Part shown: piece after piece, positions 51,339-61,576 of the stretch
Position numbering within the stretch: the stretch's first letter is position 1
Layout: every line of letters begins with the position of its first letter
NCBI GenBank assembly: GCA_049300255.1
Contig: JBAQJJ010000049.1
Span: 43,920-107,919 of the forward strand
Length of the DNA: 64,000 nucleotides
From: Thermoplasmata archaeon
GTDB taxonomy: Archaea; Thermoplasmatota; Thermoplasmata; Lutacidiplasmatales; UBA184
Direction: 5' to 3'
The notes under the pieces: generated by a model
The model's input: only the letters and a program-made list of their open reading frames with translations
Database searches by the model: none
Told to the model about the DNA's origin: nothing
Program-made: the position numbers and the translations under genes

Positions 51339-52310
51339 GTGGTCCGGGTAGGAGTTACAGGAGCGACCGGATTCATCGGAGGGGCCCTAGTTCCCCACCT
51401 GGAGCGACTTGGATACGACCTCGTCCCCGTTGACGACAGATCGGGACCAATCGTGGTCGAGCACCCAGAACGGCCCGCTCTCGTCGCGGATTTCTCTAGC
51501 GCCCTTGCCCTGAAGGCCCTCTCCGATTGCGACGTGATTCTTCATCTCGGGGCTGTGTCGGGAGTTATGATCTCCGCCCAGGAGCCGGAGCGCACCGCTC
51601 GAATCAATATCGACGGAACCCGCCGCCTAGTCGAGCTTTGCCGCGAGCGTGGGATTCCGCTTGCGTTTGCAAGCAGTTTTGCCGTGGTAGGTCGCCCCGA
51701 ACGCCTTCCGGTGACCGAAGATACTCCTGCCCGTCCGACCCATGAGTACGCACGCCAGAAGGCCGCTGGCGAGTCCCTCGTTTTGAGCCTGGCGGAAAGC
51801 GGGAGAGCCCCGTCAGCGACACTTAGAATGAGTAATGTCTATGGCGGTTATTCCGTTGGGGGTCGATCGATCGCGAAGGGAAACGTGATCGAGCTGTTTG
51901 CTCGCCAAGCCCGAAGCGGACGGTTAACGGTCAACTCGCCGGGAACTCAGCGTCGCGACTTCATTCATCTAGAAGATGTACTTTCTCACTGGGAAGCGCT
52001 CGTCCGATTTCTTCAGCACTCCACGGGCGCGCCGATTGCTCGCACCTTCAACGCGGCCAGTGGAGAGGCGCTATCCGTGCTCGAGGTCGCCGGAAAGGTC
52101 CAGCGTGTATACTCACGATTGAGACCCGATGCGGAGACGCTCGTTATCGAAGTTGTTCCCAACCCCCGTGAGGGAATCGAGCTCGTCGAACCCGGATTTG
52201 CAGTCAACCGTGAAATGACCGAGCGTGCCCTGGGCGTCTCATGTCGATTCACCCTCGACAACGTCCTCCCTTCGATACTCGGCGAGCCGGCAGTGCTCGC
52301 GCCACAGTAA
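51339..52310 (+). CDS. NAD-dependent epimerase/dehydratase (UDP-sugar 4-epimerase-like)
   Basis: GVTGATGFIGGALV Rossmann motif, catalytic YxxxK (YARQK). GTG start chosen so the Rossmann motif is N-terminal. Confidence 0.8.
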   Translation: MVRVGVTGATGFIGGALVPHLERLGYDLVPVDDRSGPIVVEHPERPALVADFSSALALKALSDCDVILHLGAVSGVMISAQEPERTARINIDGTRRLVELCRERGIPLAFASSFAVVGRPERLPVTEDTPARPTHEYARQKAAGESLVLSLAESGRAPSATLRMSNVYGGYSVGGRSIAKGNVIELFARQARSGRLTVNSPGTQRRDFIHLEDVLSHWEALVRFLQHSTGAPIARTFNAASGEALSVLEVAGKVQRVYSRLRPDAETLVIEVVPNPREGIELVEPGFAVNREMTERALGVSCRFTLDNVLPSILGEPAVLAPQ

Positions 52311-52380
52311 ATCCGCGCCCTCCCATTTCCCGCCCGAGCAGTACGCGACTTTAAGGCGGCGTTGAACCAAGCTTGGAACG

Positions 52381-53520
52381 ATGGAAATGGAGTCGTCGTC
52401 CCCTGAATCCGCAGAGGGGTGGAGAGCTCGCGCTCATTCCTTTGCCACCAAGCGACTCCTTCCCCTAGCCGCGGAAATCGATCGTACCGACCGCATTCCT
52501 CAAGAGATCCTGGTGGGACTCGCCGAGCAACGATTCACAGGCCTCGGAATCCCCAAACTCTTGGGCGGTGCTGCGGGAGATGCCCGGGCTATCGCCGCTG
52601 TCCTAGAGGAGTTGGCGTATGGGAGTGCTTCCGTCGCGACGCTCCTAGCAGTCCATCTCTCCGTCTGCGCGACTCCCATCCTCGAGTGGGGAACGCCGGA
52701 GCAACAGGAACAGTATTTGCGGCCCTTGGCGCAAGGGCAAATCATTGGAGCATTCGGCCTGACCGAACCCGGGGCGGGCTCGGATGCTGCTCGGTTGGTG
52801 TGCCGATACCGCCGAGATCCAGAGGGCTACATCCTCGACGGAACAAAGATCTTCATCACCGACGCGGGACTGGCCGGAGTCACGCTGGCCTTTGCGACCC
52901 GCGACCCCAACCTTGGCCATCAGGGGATCTCGGCCTTCCTGGCTCCTCGAGGAGCCCCCGGATTTACCGTGGCTCAGCGCCTCGATAAGCTAGGAATACG
53001 GGGCAGTGAGACGACCGAACTCGTGTTCCAGTCGGCGAGGCTACCTTTGGGGGCAATGCTGGGCCCCGAAGGGGCGGGCTTCAAAATCGCGCTCACTGCT
53101 CTGACTGGAGGTCGGATCGGCATCGCGGCGTGCGCGCTCGGAGTTGCGCGAGCCGCATTCGACGAGATGAGACATGCTGTCGAACGAGTCCCCGAAGATT
53201 GGAGGAAAAGCCTCCTCGCTGAATCGTACGCGCAATTGGCTGCGGCAACCGCGCTCGTGAACGACGCCGCGGCACGCAAGGCGTCGGGACTTCCGTATGT
53301 GGACCAGGCATCGTGCGCGAAACTTTTCGCCTCTCGTACCGCCGTTGTTCTTGCCAATCGTGGACTAGAGCTCGCGGGCCTCGAAGGCGCTGAGTCCGGT
53401 CATCGAGCGGAACGACTATTTCGCGACGCCCGAGTTTTTCCCATCGTCGAAGGAACGACGGAAATCCAACAACTGATCCTCGGACGCGCCCTAATCGCCG
53501 CTCGCCAATCCCTGGCGTGA
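52381..53520 (+). CDS. Acyl-CoA dehydrogenase
   Basis: 379 aa; ACAD motifs (GAFGLTEPGAGSDAA, catalytic-base region IVEGTTEIQQ). Confidence 0.88.
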   Translation: MEMESSSPESAEGWRARAHSFATKRLLPLAAEIDRTDRIPQEILVGLAEQRFTGLGIPKLLGGAAGDARAIAAVLEELAYGSASVATLLAVHLSVCATPILEWGTPEQQEQYLRPLAQGQIIGAFGLTEPGAGSDAARLVCRYRRDPEGYILDGTKIFITDAGLAGVTLAFATRDPNLGHQGISAFLAPRGAPGFTVAQRLDKLGIRGSETTELVFQSARLPLGAMLGPEGAGFKIALTALTGGRIGIAACALGVARAAFDEMRHAVERVPEDWRKSLLAESYAQLAAATALVNDAAARKASGLPYVDQASCAKLFASRTAVVLANRGLELAGLEGAESGHRAERLFRDARVFPIVEGTTEIQQLILGRALIAARQSLA

Positions 53521-53715
53521 CGCCCAAAGGAGTTCATCTAATCGGGGCGGCCGTTCGGCATAGAACGAATGCTCGCGAGGGTCTTGTCGAGGCGTGCCAG
53601 AGGAATTCCCAAGTTCACGCATGCTCCTGAATCCCCACTCTCGGATAGATTCGAGTTCGGAGACATTCCGGTATCGCTGAGCTACGGCGCCCGAACATCC
53701 GAACGGACGCGTGGT

Positions 53716-55785
53716 CTAAGTGAGGCTAAATCGAGCGATTTCATCATTGTAGAGAAAGTCGGTCGCGAACAGGAATCCGGAATCCGGCGCGACCGCTAGA
53801 AAGTAAGGGTGAGGGGCCGCGTAGTACGTGATCGAGTTGAAGAACGTGCTCGCTGAAATCTCGTACACCCCACCGTTTTCGGGATCCGCCACAAAGAGGT
53901 TCCCACCGTCCACGACCACCCCAGTGGGATTTCCACCGAGGTAGATGGTCGTTACTACCTGGCCATTCGACACGTTCACGACGTCGAGGTCACCTGTGCC
54001 TGTGCTCGTCACGAAAAGGTTTCCTTGATCGACCGCAAGCTGCTGAGGCTGGAGGTCCACCGAAAAAGTGTTGACCACTTTATGCGAGGCACCAGAAACG
54101 ACGGATACTGAGCCAGAGTACGAATTCGACACATAGACGGTTCCGTGGCTCGCGAAGACGCCGACCGGCCCATGGCCCACCAGAGTCGCGGCCGTAACCA
54201 GATAAGAATGGTCATTGATGAACATCAAGGAATTCGAGGCGAAATTGGCCACGTCGACCGTGTGATCTACCGGGTCGTACGAAATTCCTTCGGGCTGCAA
54301 TCCGACCGGGATTGTGGCGATGACTTTGTTGGAAGCCACAGCGATGACAGAAACCTCGGCTGCAAGCGAGTCGGTGACGTAGATGGCATTTGTTCCGGAA
54401 TCATAGGCCACGCCATAGGCGCCAGCGCCGACCGTGAGGACATGAACGACCTTGTTCGTCGCCTCGCCGATTACCGCCACGGTTCCCGAGCTATAGCGTG
54501 CGACATATTCCGTCCCCGTTGGAGTCGTCGCGAGTCCGGCTGGTTCTGTTGTGTACAACTTCGCAACCGGGCTGAGAGGAGGTCCGCGAATATCGTCAAT
54601 CGTGTTTTCCTCCTGATCGGGCACGTACATTGCACCGTTCGATTGGTCGTAGAACGGCGTCTGGGGGTCCTCGAATGTGTTAATCGATGCGAGCACCCCC
54701 GAGCCGCTGTCGATTTCGACCGACACTCCAGTTGTTACCAAAAGTCCCTCCAGAGGGTAGTATCCAATGTTAAAATCCGCACAGTCACTGTCCACGTAGA
54801 ACGTGTGAGTCACTGTTAGATCGGCAATTTGCGTGACCGCCGAACAGTCTTCGCCCCCAACCCCTCCGTAATCCACTACGTAAACATCTGTATTTGCGGC
54901 ATCGTAAACAATCCCAACAGGATAGTTTCCAACCTTTATCGTCTGCACAACCGTGGTCATAGCCGCGTTGACGACGATTACTTTGTTGCAGTAAGAGAGC
55001 GTAATGTAGACGAACCCGTTGGTCGGGTCGAACGTCATCTGGTTCGAAAAGCAATTGCTTCCTAGTGGGATGCGGGCGGTCACCGCATAAGTGCTGGGGG
55101 AAATGGCGCTCAAGTTCGAGCTTTCGTCCGTGACATAAATCAGATTGGAAATCGGATTGTAGAGCGTCCATGTCGGATCAGGCCCAACCCTAATCGACCG
55201 TGTAACGGTAAGCCCATGGATTACGGTCACATTGTCACCACCTCGATCAGCGACGAACGCGTCGTTTGTCTTCGGGTCTACGGCCACTCCCCACGGCTCC
55301 GTCCCCACTGGATCTGTAGCTAGCGGCTCGCTCGTCTTGCTCGAAAAAATCGATACAGTGTTGCTATAGATGTCCGTCACGTAGATTCTTCCCGAGCTCG
55401 GGTCTACGGCCCCATACTGAGGCCCCTGCCCCAAACTAATGGACCGCCCCGCGATCGCTGCGCTCGGTCCTTGAGCCAACGCCTGTTTCCCGGTGGGAAT
55501 CCCCCCGGAACGCACGTCGGCCCCAGAAACGACATGGCCAAGAAATGCAGGCTGGATCGAGATCGCAAGTAAGAAAATCGGAATCGAAATTACTAGCCAC
55601 CCGGACCGTTGCGCGGTGACTCTGTGTCGATTCTTCACAATTGTTCGAAACTCGCGTATTTGGACAAACCGGTTAAAGCCAGCGATGTGTGCCGAATCCG
55701 GTTCGGCCGTGCCTTCGCCGTAACACATTCGGGCGGCGTCGATGGCAGGGTCGCTGGCAGAGCCAAGAAAGTCTATGTAACTCAC
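53716..55785 (-). CDS. YVTN beta-propeller repeat surface protein with N-terminal membrane anchor
   Basis: 689 aa; repeated ..VYVTD/ IYVTN.. about 40-aa units, N-terminal hydrophobic helix (WLVISIPIFLLAISI); the start may be an internal Met or Val. Confidence 0.78.
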   Translation of the reverse strand: MSYIDFLGSASDPAIDAARMCYGEGTAEPDSAHIAGFNRFVQIREFRTIVKNRHRVTAQRSGWLVISIPIFLLAISIQPAFLGHVVSGADVRSGGIPTGKQALAQGPSAAIAGRSISLGQGPQYGAVDPSSGRIYVTDIYSNTVSIFSSKTSEPLATDPVGTEPWGVAVDPKTNDAFVADRGGDNVTVIHGLTVTRSIRVGPDPTWTLYNPISNLIYVTDESSNLSAISPSTYAVTARIPLGSNCFSNQMTFDPTNGFVYITLSYCNKVIVVNAAMTTVVQTIKVGNYPVGIVYDAANTDVYVVDYGGVGGEDCSAVTQIADLTVTHTFYVDSDCADFNIGYYPLEGLLVTTGVSVEIDSGSGVLASINTFEDPQTPFYDQSNGAMYVPDQEENTIDDIRGPPLSPVAKLYTTEPAGLATTPTGTEYVARYSSGTVAVIGEATNKVVHVLTVGAGAYGVAYDSGTNAIYVTDSLAAEVSVIAVASNKVIATIPVGLQPEGISYDPVDHTVDVANFASNSLMFINDHSYLVTAATLVGHGPVGVFASHGTVYVSNSYSGSVSVVSGASHKVVNTFSVDLQPQQLAVDQGNLFVTSTGTGDLDVVNVSNGQVVTTIYLGGNPTGVVVDGGNLFVADPENGGVYEISASTFFNSITYYAAPHPYFLAVAPDSGFLFATDFLYNDEIARFSLT

Positions 55786-58119
55786 GTGGCTTCAAATCGC
55801 GTGACTCCAAACGTCGGTCGCCCCGACGCCAACTCTCCCCCGCCGTCGGACGCCGAGCGACGCATTCCCCTGACGGCAGTGAATCTCGATCCGGCGTGGG
55901 TGCGCATTCTCGAACGGGAGGGGATTTCATCGCTCTACCCGCCCCAGGCTGAGGCGATCCCGCCGGTGCTCGCGGGCGAGAGCGTGCTCCTCGCCTGCCC
56001 GACGGCCAGCGGAAAATCGTTGGTGGCTTATCTCGCGCTCGTTCGCGCGGCGACGCGGCACCAGACCGGCCTCTACCTGGTCCCTCTACGCGCTTTGGCT
56101 CAGGAGAAGTACGACGAGCTTCGGGCGTTCGAGGAGCTGGGTCTCCGGATCGGCCTATCGATCGGCGACTTCGACCTACCCGCCGATCGACTGGCCAAGC
56201 TCGACATCCTCGTGGCGACCAGCGAAAAGGCGGACGGCCTATTGCGGAAGGGCAGTCCCTGGTTAGATCGACTCGGCGTCGTCGTTGCGGACGAGATTCA
56301 TCTCATGCGGGATCCCGAGCGAGGTCCGACGTTAGAAGTGACCCTGACCCGCCTCAAACGGGTCTTGCCGGAACTACAGATCGTGGGTCTATCCGCGACG
56401 GTCGGGAACTCGCAGGAGATCGCCGACTGGCTCAAGGCACGTCACATCCGCAGCGAGTTTCGTCCGGTCCCCTTAAAGTCGGGCGTCTACCACGCGGGAC
56501 GAATCCTCTTCACCGACCTCACGACTCGAGATTTGGACGCGCCGGGCGAGGCGCTTCCCCGCCTCGTGCGCACCGTCATTGAGGAGGGCGGGCAGGCACT
56601 CGTCTTCGTCAATACACGTAAGGCCAGCGAGCAGACAGCGCAGCAGTTGACGGCGACCGTCCGCCCGCTTCTCACATCCGCGGAGCGCAGTGCGGCGCGC
56701 GTCACCGGCGAGGAACTGCAATCCGTGTCGGAAGAAGACACGGAGGGAATTCGTCGACTGGCCGCACTGCTTCCTCACGGGGTCGCGTTCCATAATGCGT
56801 CCTTGACGAACCCGGAGCGTCGCGTCGTGGAACGCGCGTTTCGGGACCGAGTGTTAAAGGCCCTGGTTGCGACCCCGACCCTCGCGGCCGGGATCAATCT
56901 TCCGGCCCGACGGGTCATCGTGCGCGACACGACGCGCTACGATGACCGGATCGGCATGCAGGCGCCCATCTCGGCCATGGAAGTGCAACAGATGTGCGGC
57001 CGAGCCGGCCGACCCCGATTCGACCGAACGGGCGAAGCGATCCTCATCGCCCGGAGCGAGGACGACGTGGAGCGACTGTTGGACGACTACCTTTCGGCAC
57101 CGCCCGAGGACATTCGATCTCGCCTCGCCGCCGAACCCGCGCTTCGAATGCACGTGCTCGCCCTCATCGCGAGCCAGGCGGTACAGACTGAGGACGAGCT
57201 CGAGGATTTCTTTCAAGGGACCTTTTACGGGCACACCCTCCCTCTGCCGGATCTCGCCGACACGATCCGGTCGGTGCGGCGTTTCCTCGAAGAGAACGAC
57301 CTATTGGCGCCCGGCACCGCGTTGCGGGCGACGCCGTTCGGGGCCATGACATCGGAGCTGTATCTCGATCCGCTGAGCGCCATCGTACTCCGCTCGATGC
57401 TCGAGAAAGCGCCGATCGGCGTTCAGCCGTTCTCGATTCTCGCCGCCGTGGCCGCGACGCCGGACCTCCCGCCGGTGTTCTTGCGACGTGGCGAAGAGGG
57501 CCAATACCTCGCGCGCTTTACCGACGAGTCCGCCGAGCTGTTGGTCCAGCCCGAAGAGGCGCCCCTCGAGCTCGATCTCGACCTCTTTCTCGCCACGCTC
57601 AAGACTGCGGCCATCCTCGAGGATTGGATCGCAGAGACCCCTATTGTCACTCTGACGGAAAAATTTGGGATCGGGGCGGGAGACTTGCGGACGAAGGTCG
57701 AAGATGCGGACTGGCTCCTCTTCGGTGCCTCGCGGCTCGCCACCCGTTTTCAGCGACGCCTGTCGCGGCCGATCGACGACCTCGCGATGCGGATCCGCTA
57801 TGGGGTCCGCGAAGAGCTACTGGACCTGGTTCGGCTGCGCGGAATCGGACGCGTCCGCGCCCGTCTCCTCTTCCGGGCCGGATACGAGGACCGGAATGCG
57901 CTCCGAGCGGCACCGCTCGAGCGAATTGCCCAAGTGCTCAGGTCGCCCCAATTGGCCGCGTCGGTGCTCGAGCAGGTACGCCGCGGTCGAAAGGAGGCCA
58001 TGGAGTCGACCCCCCCGCCACTCGCTCCGGTCTCGGGGGGGGTCCCGACGCCGCGACCCACGGAGAAGCAGAAACGACCTCGAACTCTCGACGAGTTTCC
58101 AGCGGCGCCCGACTCTTGA
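55786..58119 (+). CDS. Hel308/Ski2-like ATP-dependent DNA helicase
   Basis: Q-motif PPQAEA, Walker A CPTASGKS, DEAH box (VVADEIH), SAT, helicase C motifs, and C-terminal WH/ratchet/HhH regions. A GTG start is assumed immediately after the upstream gene. Confidence 0.85.
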   Translation: MASNRVTPNVGRPDANSPPPSDAERRIPLTAVNLDPAWVRILEREGISSLYPPQAEAIPPVLAGESVLLACPTASGKSLVAYLALVRAATRHQTGLYLVPLRALAQEKYDELRAFEELGLRIGLSIGDFDLPADRLAKLDILVATSEKADGLLRKGSPWLDRLGVVVADEIHLMRDPERGPTLEVTLTRLKRVLPELQIVGLSATVGNSQEIADWLKARHIRSEFRPVPLKSGVYHAGRILFTDLTTRDLDAPGEALPRLVRTVIEEGGQALVFVNTRKASEQTAQQLTATVRPLLTSAERSAARVTGEELQSVSEEDTEGIRRLAALLPHGVAFHNASLTNPERRVVERAFRDRVLKALVATPTLAAGINLPARRVIVRDTTRYDDRIGMQAPISAMEVQQMCGRAGRPRFDRTGEAILIARSEDDVERLLDDYLSAPPEDIRSRLAAEPALRMHVLALIASQAVQTEDELEDFFQGTFYGHTLPLPDLADTIRSVRRFLEENDLLAPGTALRATPFGAMTSELYLDPLSAIVLRSMLEKAPIGVQPFSILAAVAATPDLPPVFLRRGEEGQYLARFTDESAELLVQPEEAPLELDLDLFLATLKTAAILEDWIAETPIVTLTEKFGIGAGDLRTKVEDADWLLFGASRLATRFQRRLSRPIDDLAMRIRYGVREELLDLVRLRGIGRVRARLLFRAGYEDRNALRAAPLERIAQVLRSPQLAASVLEQVRRGRKEAMESTPPPLAPVSGGVPTPRPTEKQKRPRTLDEFPAAPDS

Positions 58120-59197
58120 CCCATTCTTCCACCGGCACGAGGAGCTGGATCATCGTCCGGGTACCGCCGTCGCCTCCGGGCCGGACCTCGCGCCGCACCA
58201 CGCCGGCTTGCTCGAGACGAATCATACGTCGCCAAAAAGTCGTCGCGGCCAAGGGGCGCACGCCGGTTTCTCGGGCGAATCGGGCCTCCCAGACGCGAAC
58301 GGCCGCGACCGACGAGGACGTGCCTTGGCATGCGCGGTCTAACGCCCATAGGACGCGCGGTTCGATACTCCCGCGGGACCACGAATCGGTGAGCGGTCCC
58401 ATCGAAGCGGGGGGAAGGGTCGTGGGAATCGAAAGTTCGCGCCGTAGCAGCTCCATGGCTCGTCGGGCCCCTCCTCCGTCTCGGAGAACCCGATCCGTAA
58501 CTCGGCGGGCGAGGTCCGGAGGGGGTGCTCCCCCGAGCGCTCGTCGGGCCCGCTCCTCCACGATCTGATAGATCTCTTCTCGCGAGTACTCCCGCAGACC
58601 AATCGACCGACGCGGCATCTCAAGCTCGGGCACTTCCCGCCCCAGTCCCGCGACCTGTTCGGTCACTCCCGCGAGAATGATCCACATCGGGGGGAGGCCG
58701 GATTCTCCTTCCGGGAGAAATCGGTCGGGCGAATTGAACGCACGCAGGATGGGAACGACCGAGGGCCCCCCCACGTCGATATCTTCTAAGACCACAACGG
58801 TCGGCCGGTTCATCCGGCGGAGACGTCGTAGATAGCCGGCCAGAATTTCGACGACCGGGAAACCTCGACCGCGAAACCCCTCGTCCAACTGCTGCACGAG
58901 GGCGGTCGCCACACCCAGAGTTCCCCGACACCAACGGACCCGGACCGTCGAAGTCAACGGAAGGGGCCCGGCTCGCGCCGTACGCAACCGGTCGACCACT
59001 TCGCGCGCCGCCCGGCGAGCAATGATCGAGGTCCCACTCCCGCGTGGACCGATCACGGAAGCGACCCGGGCCGGTCCTTTCGGGGGGTAGTCAGGGTCGA
59101 GCAGGGCCAGCAGCCTCTGTACCTCGCCGTGGCGGGCGAGGGCGGTCGGGGGGAGCCAATCGGTGGTGAGCACTTCCGGATAGGTCGCACGCAACAT
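57938..59197 (-). CDS. Orc1/Cdc6-family AAA+ protein with degenerate Walker A (GPRGSGTS) and C-terminal winged helix
   Basis: Orc1/Cdc6-like N-terminus (DWLPPTALARHGEVQ), Walker B VVVLEDID, sensor-2 region GGGARRAMELLRR, WH end FWRRMIRLEQAGVV. The P-loop lysine is replaced by Thr. The 3' 180 nt overlap Hel308. Confidence 0.7.
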   Translation of the reverse strand: MLRATYPEVLTTDWLPPTALARHGEVQRLLALLDPDYPPKGPARVASVIGPRGSGTSIIARRAAREVVDRLRTARAGPLPLTSTVRVRWCRGTLGVATALVQQLDEGFRGRGFPVVEILAGYLRRLRRMNRPTVVVLEDIDVGGPSVVPILRAFNSPDRFLPEGESGLPPMWIILAGVTEQVAGLGREVPELEMPRRSIGLREYSREEIYQIVEERARRALGGAPPPDLARRVTDRVLRDGGGARRAMELLRRELSIPTTLPPASMGPLTDSWSRGSIEPRVLWALDRACQGTSSSVAAVRVWEARFARETGVRPLAATTFWRRMIRLEQAGVVRREVRPGGDGGTRTMIQLLVPVEEWVKSRAPLETRREFEVVSASPWVAASGPPPRPERVAGGSTPWPPFDRGVPARAPTRPIGAT

Positions 59198-59203
59198 GCG
59201 TCA

Positions 59204-59238
59204 TAGGAATTCTTCTTGCTATAAGAATTCTTATAATC
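59204..59238. promoter_or_regulatory. AT-rich palindromic element (AAGAATTCTT twice) with TATA-like TTATAAG, 20-40 nt upstream of the Orc1/Cdc6 start
   Basis: taggaattcttcttgctataagaattcttataatc read directly; it is the only strongly AT-rich stretch in the icd/cdc6 divergent intergenic region. Confidence 0.4.
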
Positions 59239-59366
59239 GCACCCTTCACCCCCGGATGCCCCTCGACGAGAACCAATGCCCGATCGGCCCGGATGAGTCG
59301 CCCTCAGGTAATCTGGAAGTCACGTGGCCGCTCACGATTTAACTGGGGGCCGGCCTCGGGCCGACC

Positions 59367-60497
59367 TTGGAGCGAAGAATGACCTATCGCGTCACGCTGA
59401 TCCCGGGGGACGGGATCGGGCCGGAAGTTACGCAGGCCGCGCGGCTCGTCGCCGAAGCGACCGGCGTCCCGATCACGTGGGAAATTGCCGAAGCCGGCGA
59501 GAAAGCCATCGAATCGACCGGCACGCCACTCCCGGCTTCGGTTCTCGAATCCGTCCGAAAGAATCGCCTGGCCCTCAAGGGGCCGATCACCACGCCGATC
59601 GGAGGAGGATTCCGATCCGTCAATGTACAGCTCCGAGTGGAGCTGGACTTGTTCGCGTCGGTGCGACCGGCCCGCGCGATCGCGGGGGAAGGGACGCGCT
59701 TTCCCGAGACCGACCTAATCGTCGTACGCGAGACCACAGAAGGTCTCTACTCGGGGGTCGAACACTGGGTCGATCGAAATCACACCGCCGCGGAGACCGT
59801 AGCGATCGTGACCCGCGCGGCGTCGGATCGGATCATCCGATTCGCTTTCGAACTCGCGCGCCGGCAGGGCCGACGCCACCTCACAGCGGTCCACAAGGCC
59901 AACATCATGAAGACGACCGGGGCGCTGTTCCAAACCGCCTTTCGCGAAATGGCCCCTCAGTATCCGGATATCGAAAGTGACGAGCGTCTGATCGACAACA
60001 TGTGCATGCAACTCGTGAAGAAGCCATCCGAATACGACGTGATCGTCACGACCAACCTGATGGGCGACATCTTGTCGGATCTGTGCGCTGGGTTGGCGGG
60101 AGGTTTGGGCGTGGCGCCGGGAGCGCTCCACGGCGATTCGATCGCCGTGTTCGAGCCGGTGCACGGATCCGCTCCCAAGTACGCGGGACAGGACAAGGCG
60201 GATCCCGTGGCGGAGATCCTGTGCCTCGAGCTCTTATTCCGTCACCTCGGCGAAAACGAGGCGGCCGAACGTATCTGGCGAGCCGTGTGGGAAACGATCG
60301 CGGAGAAGAAGGTCGTGACCTACGACCTCGCATTGCCACAGTACACGACGCGGCCGGTCACGCCGTCGAGCTGCTCGGCCATGGCGCAGGAGATCGCGCG
60401 GAAGGTTCCGCTGGTCGATCTTACCAAACCGGCCCCGGTCTACACGCCCCACCCGTTGAGTGCGACCAAAGGGATCGACGATCACTTGCAAAATTGA
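59367..60497 (+). CDS. Isocitrate/isopropylmalate dehydrogenase family enzyme (most like NAD(P)-isocitrate/homoisocitrate dehydrogenase)
   Basis: IPGDGIGPEV, HKANIMK, NLMGDILSDLCAGLAGGLG motifs of the beta-decarboxylating dehydrogenase family. Confidence 0.85.
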   Translation: MERRMTYRVTLIPGDGIGPEVTQAARLVAEATGVPITWEIAEAGEKAIESTGTPLPASVLESVRKNRLALKGPITTPIGGGFRSVNVQLRVELDLFASVRPARAIAGEGTRFPETDLIVVRETTEGLYSGVEHWVDRNHTAAETVAIVTRAASDRIIRFAFELARRQGRRHLTAVHKANIMKTTGALFQTAFREMAPQYPDIESDERLIDNMCMQLVKKPSEYDVIVTTNLMGDILSDLCAGLAGGLGVAPGALHGDSIAVFEPVHGSAPKYAGQDKADPVAEILCLELLFRHLGENEAAERIWRAVWETIAEKKVVTYDLALPQYTTRPVTPSSCSAMAQEIARKVPLVDLTKPAPVYTPHPLSATKGIDDHLQN

Positions 60498-60501
60498 GGG
60501 G

Positions 60502-60912
60502 CTATTCCCCCCAGACCTTCACCACAACGCGTTTACGGCGCTGCCCGTCGAACTCCGCGTAGAACACTTGCTCCCATGGGCCGAGGTCGAGGTCGCCGTG
60601 CGTGATCGGCAGGACGACCTGGTGGCCGAGGAGGAGATTCTTGAGATGCGCATCCCCGTTCGATTCTCCAGTATGGTGATGCGCGTAATCTCCCGGAGGG
60701 GCGAGCCGATCCGCCCATCGTTCGATATCCCCGATCAATCCGGATTCGTCGTCGTTCACGTAGACCGCGGCGGTGATGTGCATCGCCGAGACGAGGACCA
60801 ATCCGTCGCGGACCTGACTCGATTTCACGATCCGCCGCACTTGATCGGTGATATTCAGGAACTCCCGTCGCTGCGTCGTTTCAAACCACAGATACTCCGT
60901 TGCGATCTTCAT
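60502..60912 (-). CDS. YjbQ/UPF0047 family protein (secondary thiamine-phosphate synthase-like)
   Basis: [25 protein letters not shown] ... [15 protein letters not shown] conserved core. Start set to the internal Met. Confidence 0.75.
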   Translation of the reverse strand: MKIATEYLWFETTQRREFLNITDQVRRIVKSSQVRDGLVLVSAMHITAAVYVNDDESGLIGDIERWADRLAPPGDYAHHHTGESNGDAHLKNLLLGHQVVLPITHGDLDLGPWEQVFYAEFDGQRRKRVVVKVWGE

Positions 60913-61133
60913 CGAGCGGGTGCCAGTCGGAGAGCCAACTTTAAGATTCGGCCCCGCGCCTGAAGCTCCGAGAGAGGTTGATGCAAGCCGACCGACCCAT
61001 TCGAATCCCCCGTTCCGCGACGGCGGAGGCCCCGGCTCCCACACCCTCTTCCTCCCCGGCAGCCCCCACGACCCCGCCCGTTCTCGCCGCGGGAGGAACC
61101 TACCGGCCCAACCCGGGAGGTTTCGCTCGCATG

Positions 61134-61547
61134 TTGCGGATCTACCTCCTCTACATACTGGCGCTCGTCGCGCTCTACGGGTTCTTTCTAGAACTCGACG
61201 TTCGCTCGACGGTGGCTGGGACCTCGATCAACGAATCCGGGATTCTGGGCTTCACGTTGGTGGCACTGGCCCTTGCCGGAGTCGGAGCGTGGATGACGCT
61301 GGGTCAAGCGCCGCGAGGCGCGCGGATCGGGCCGAGGGAGATCATCGTCACGGAGCGCTGGGGACGCGAGGTTACCTTTCCGCCCGCCGACGAAATCAAG
61401 ATTCGACTCGTTCGACGCCACGGGCGAGGCGTTCTCTCACCGCAACCCACGGCCACGGTCCTCGTCATGACCCTAGCCGGGGCACGGCGTACGTACGTGA
61501 TCGACGAGCAGATGTTGCCCGGCGACCCCACGACGTGGTTGGTCTGA
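61134..61547 (+). CDS. Hypothetical membrane protein (2 TM followed by a bPH/YdbS-like soluble domain?)
   Basis: Two hydrophobic helices, then a small beta-rich domain; the upstream part of the track ORF is Pro/Ala low-complexity. Confidence 0.35.
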   Translation: MRIYLLYILALVALYGFFLELDVRSTVAGTSINESGILGFTLVALALAGVGAWMTLGQAPRGARIGPREIIVTERWGREVTFPPADEIKIRLVRRHGRGVLSPQPTATVLVMTLAGARRTYVIDEQMLPGDPTTWLV

Positions 61548-61576
61548 GCGAGCACCCTCGGGGTGAGGGAACTCGC

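Noticed and set aside
59198-59366. Possible replication origin next to Orc1/Cdc6
   Set aside because: Only about 170 bp with one AT-rich palindromic patch; no repeated ORB-like boxes (..TCCAGTGGAAAC.. type) seen. Better interpreted as the cdc6 promoter; kept as part of the Orc1/Cdc6 finding.
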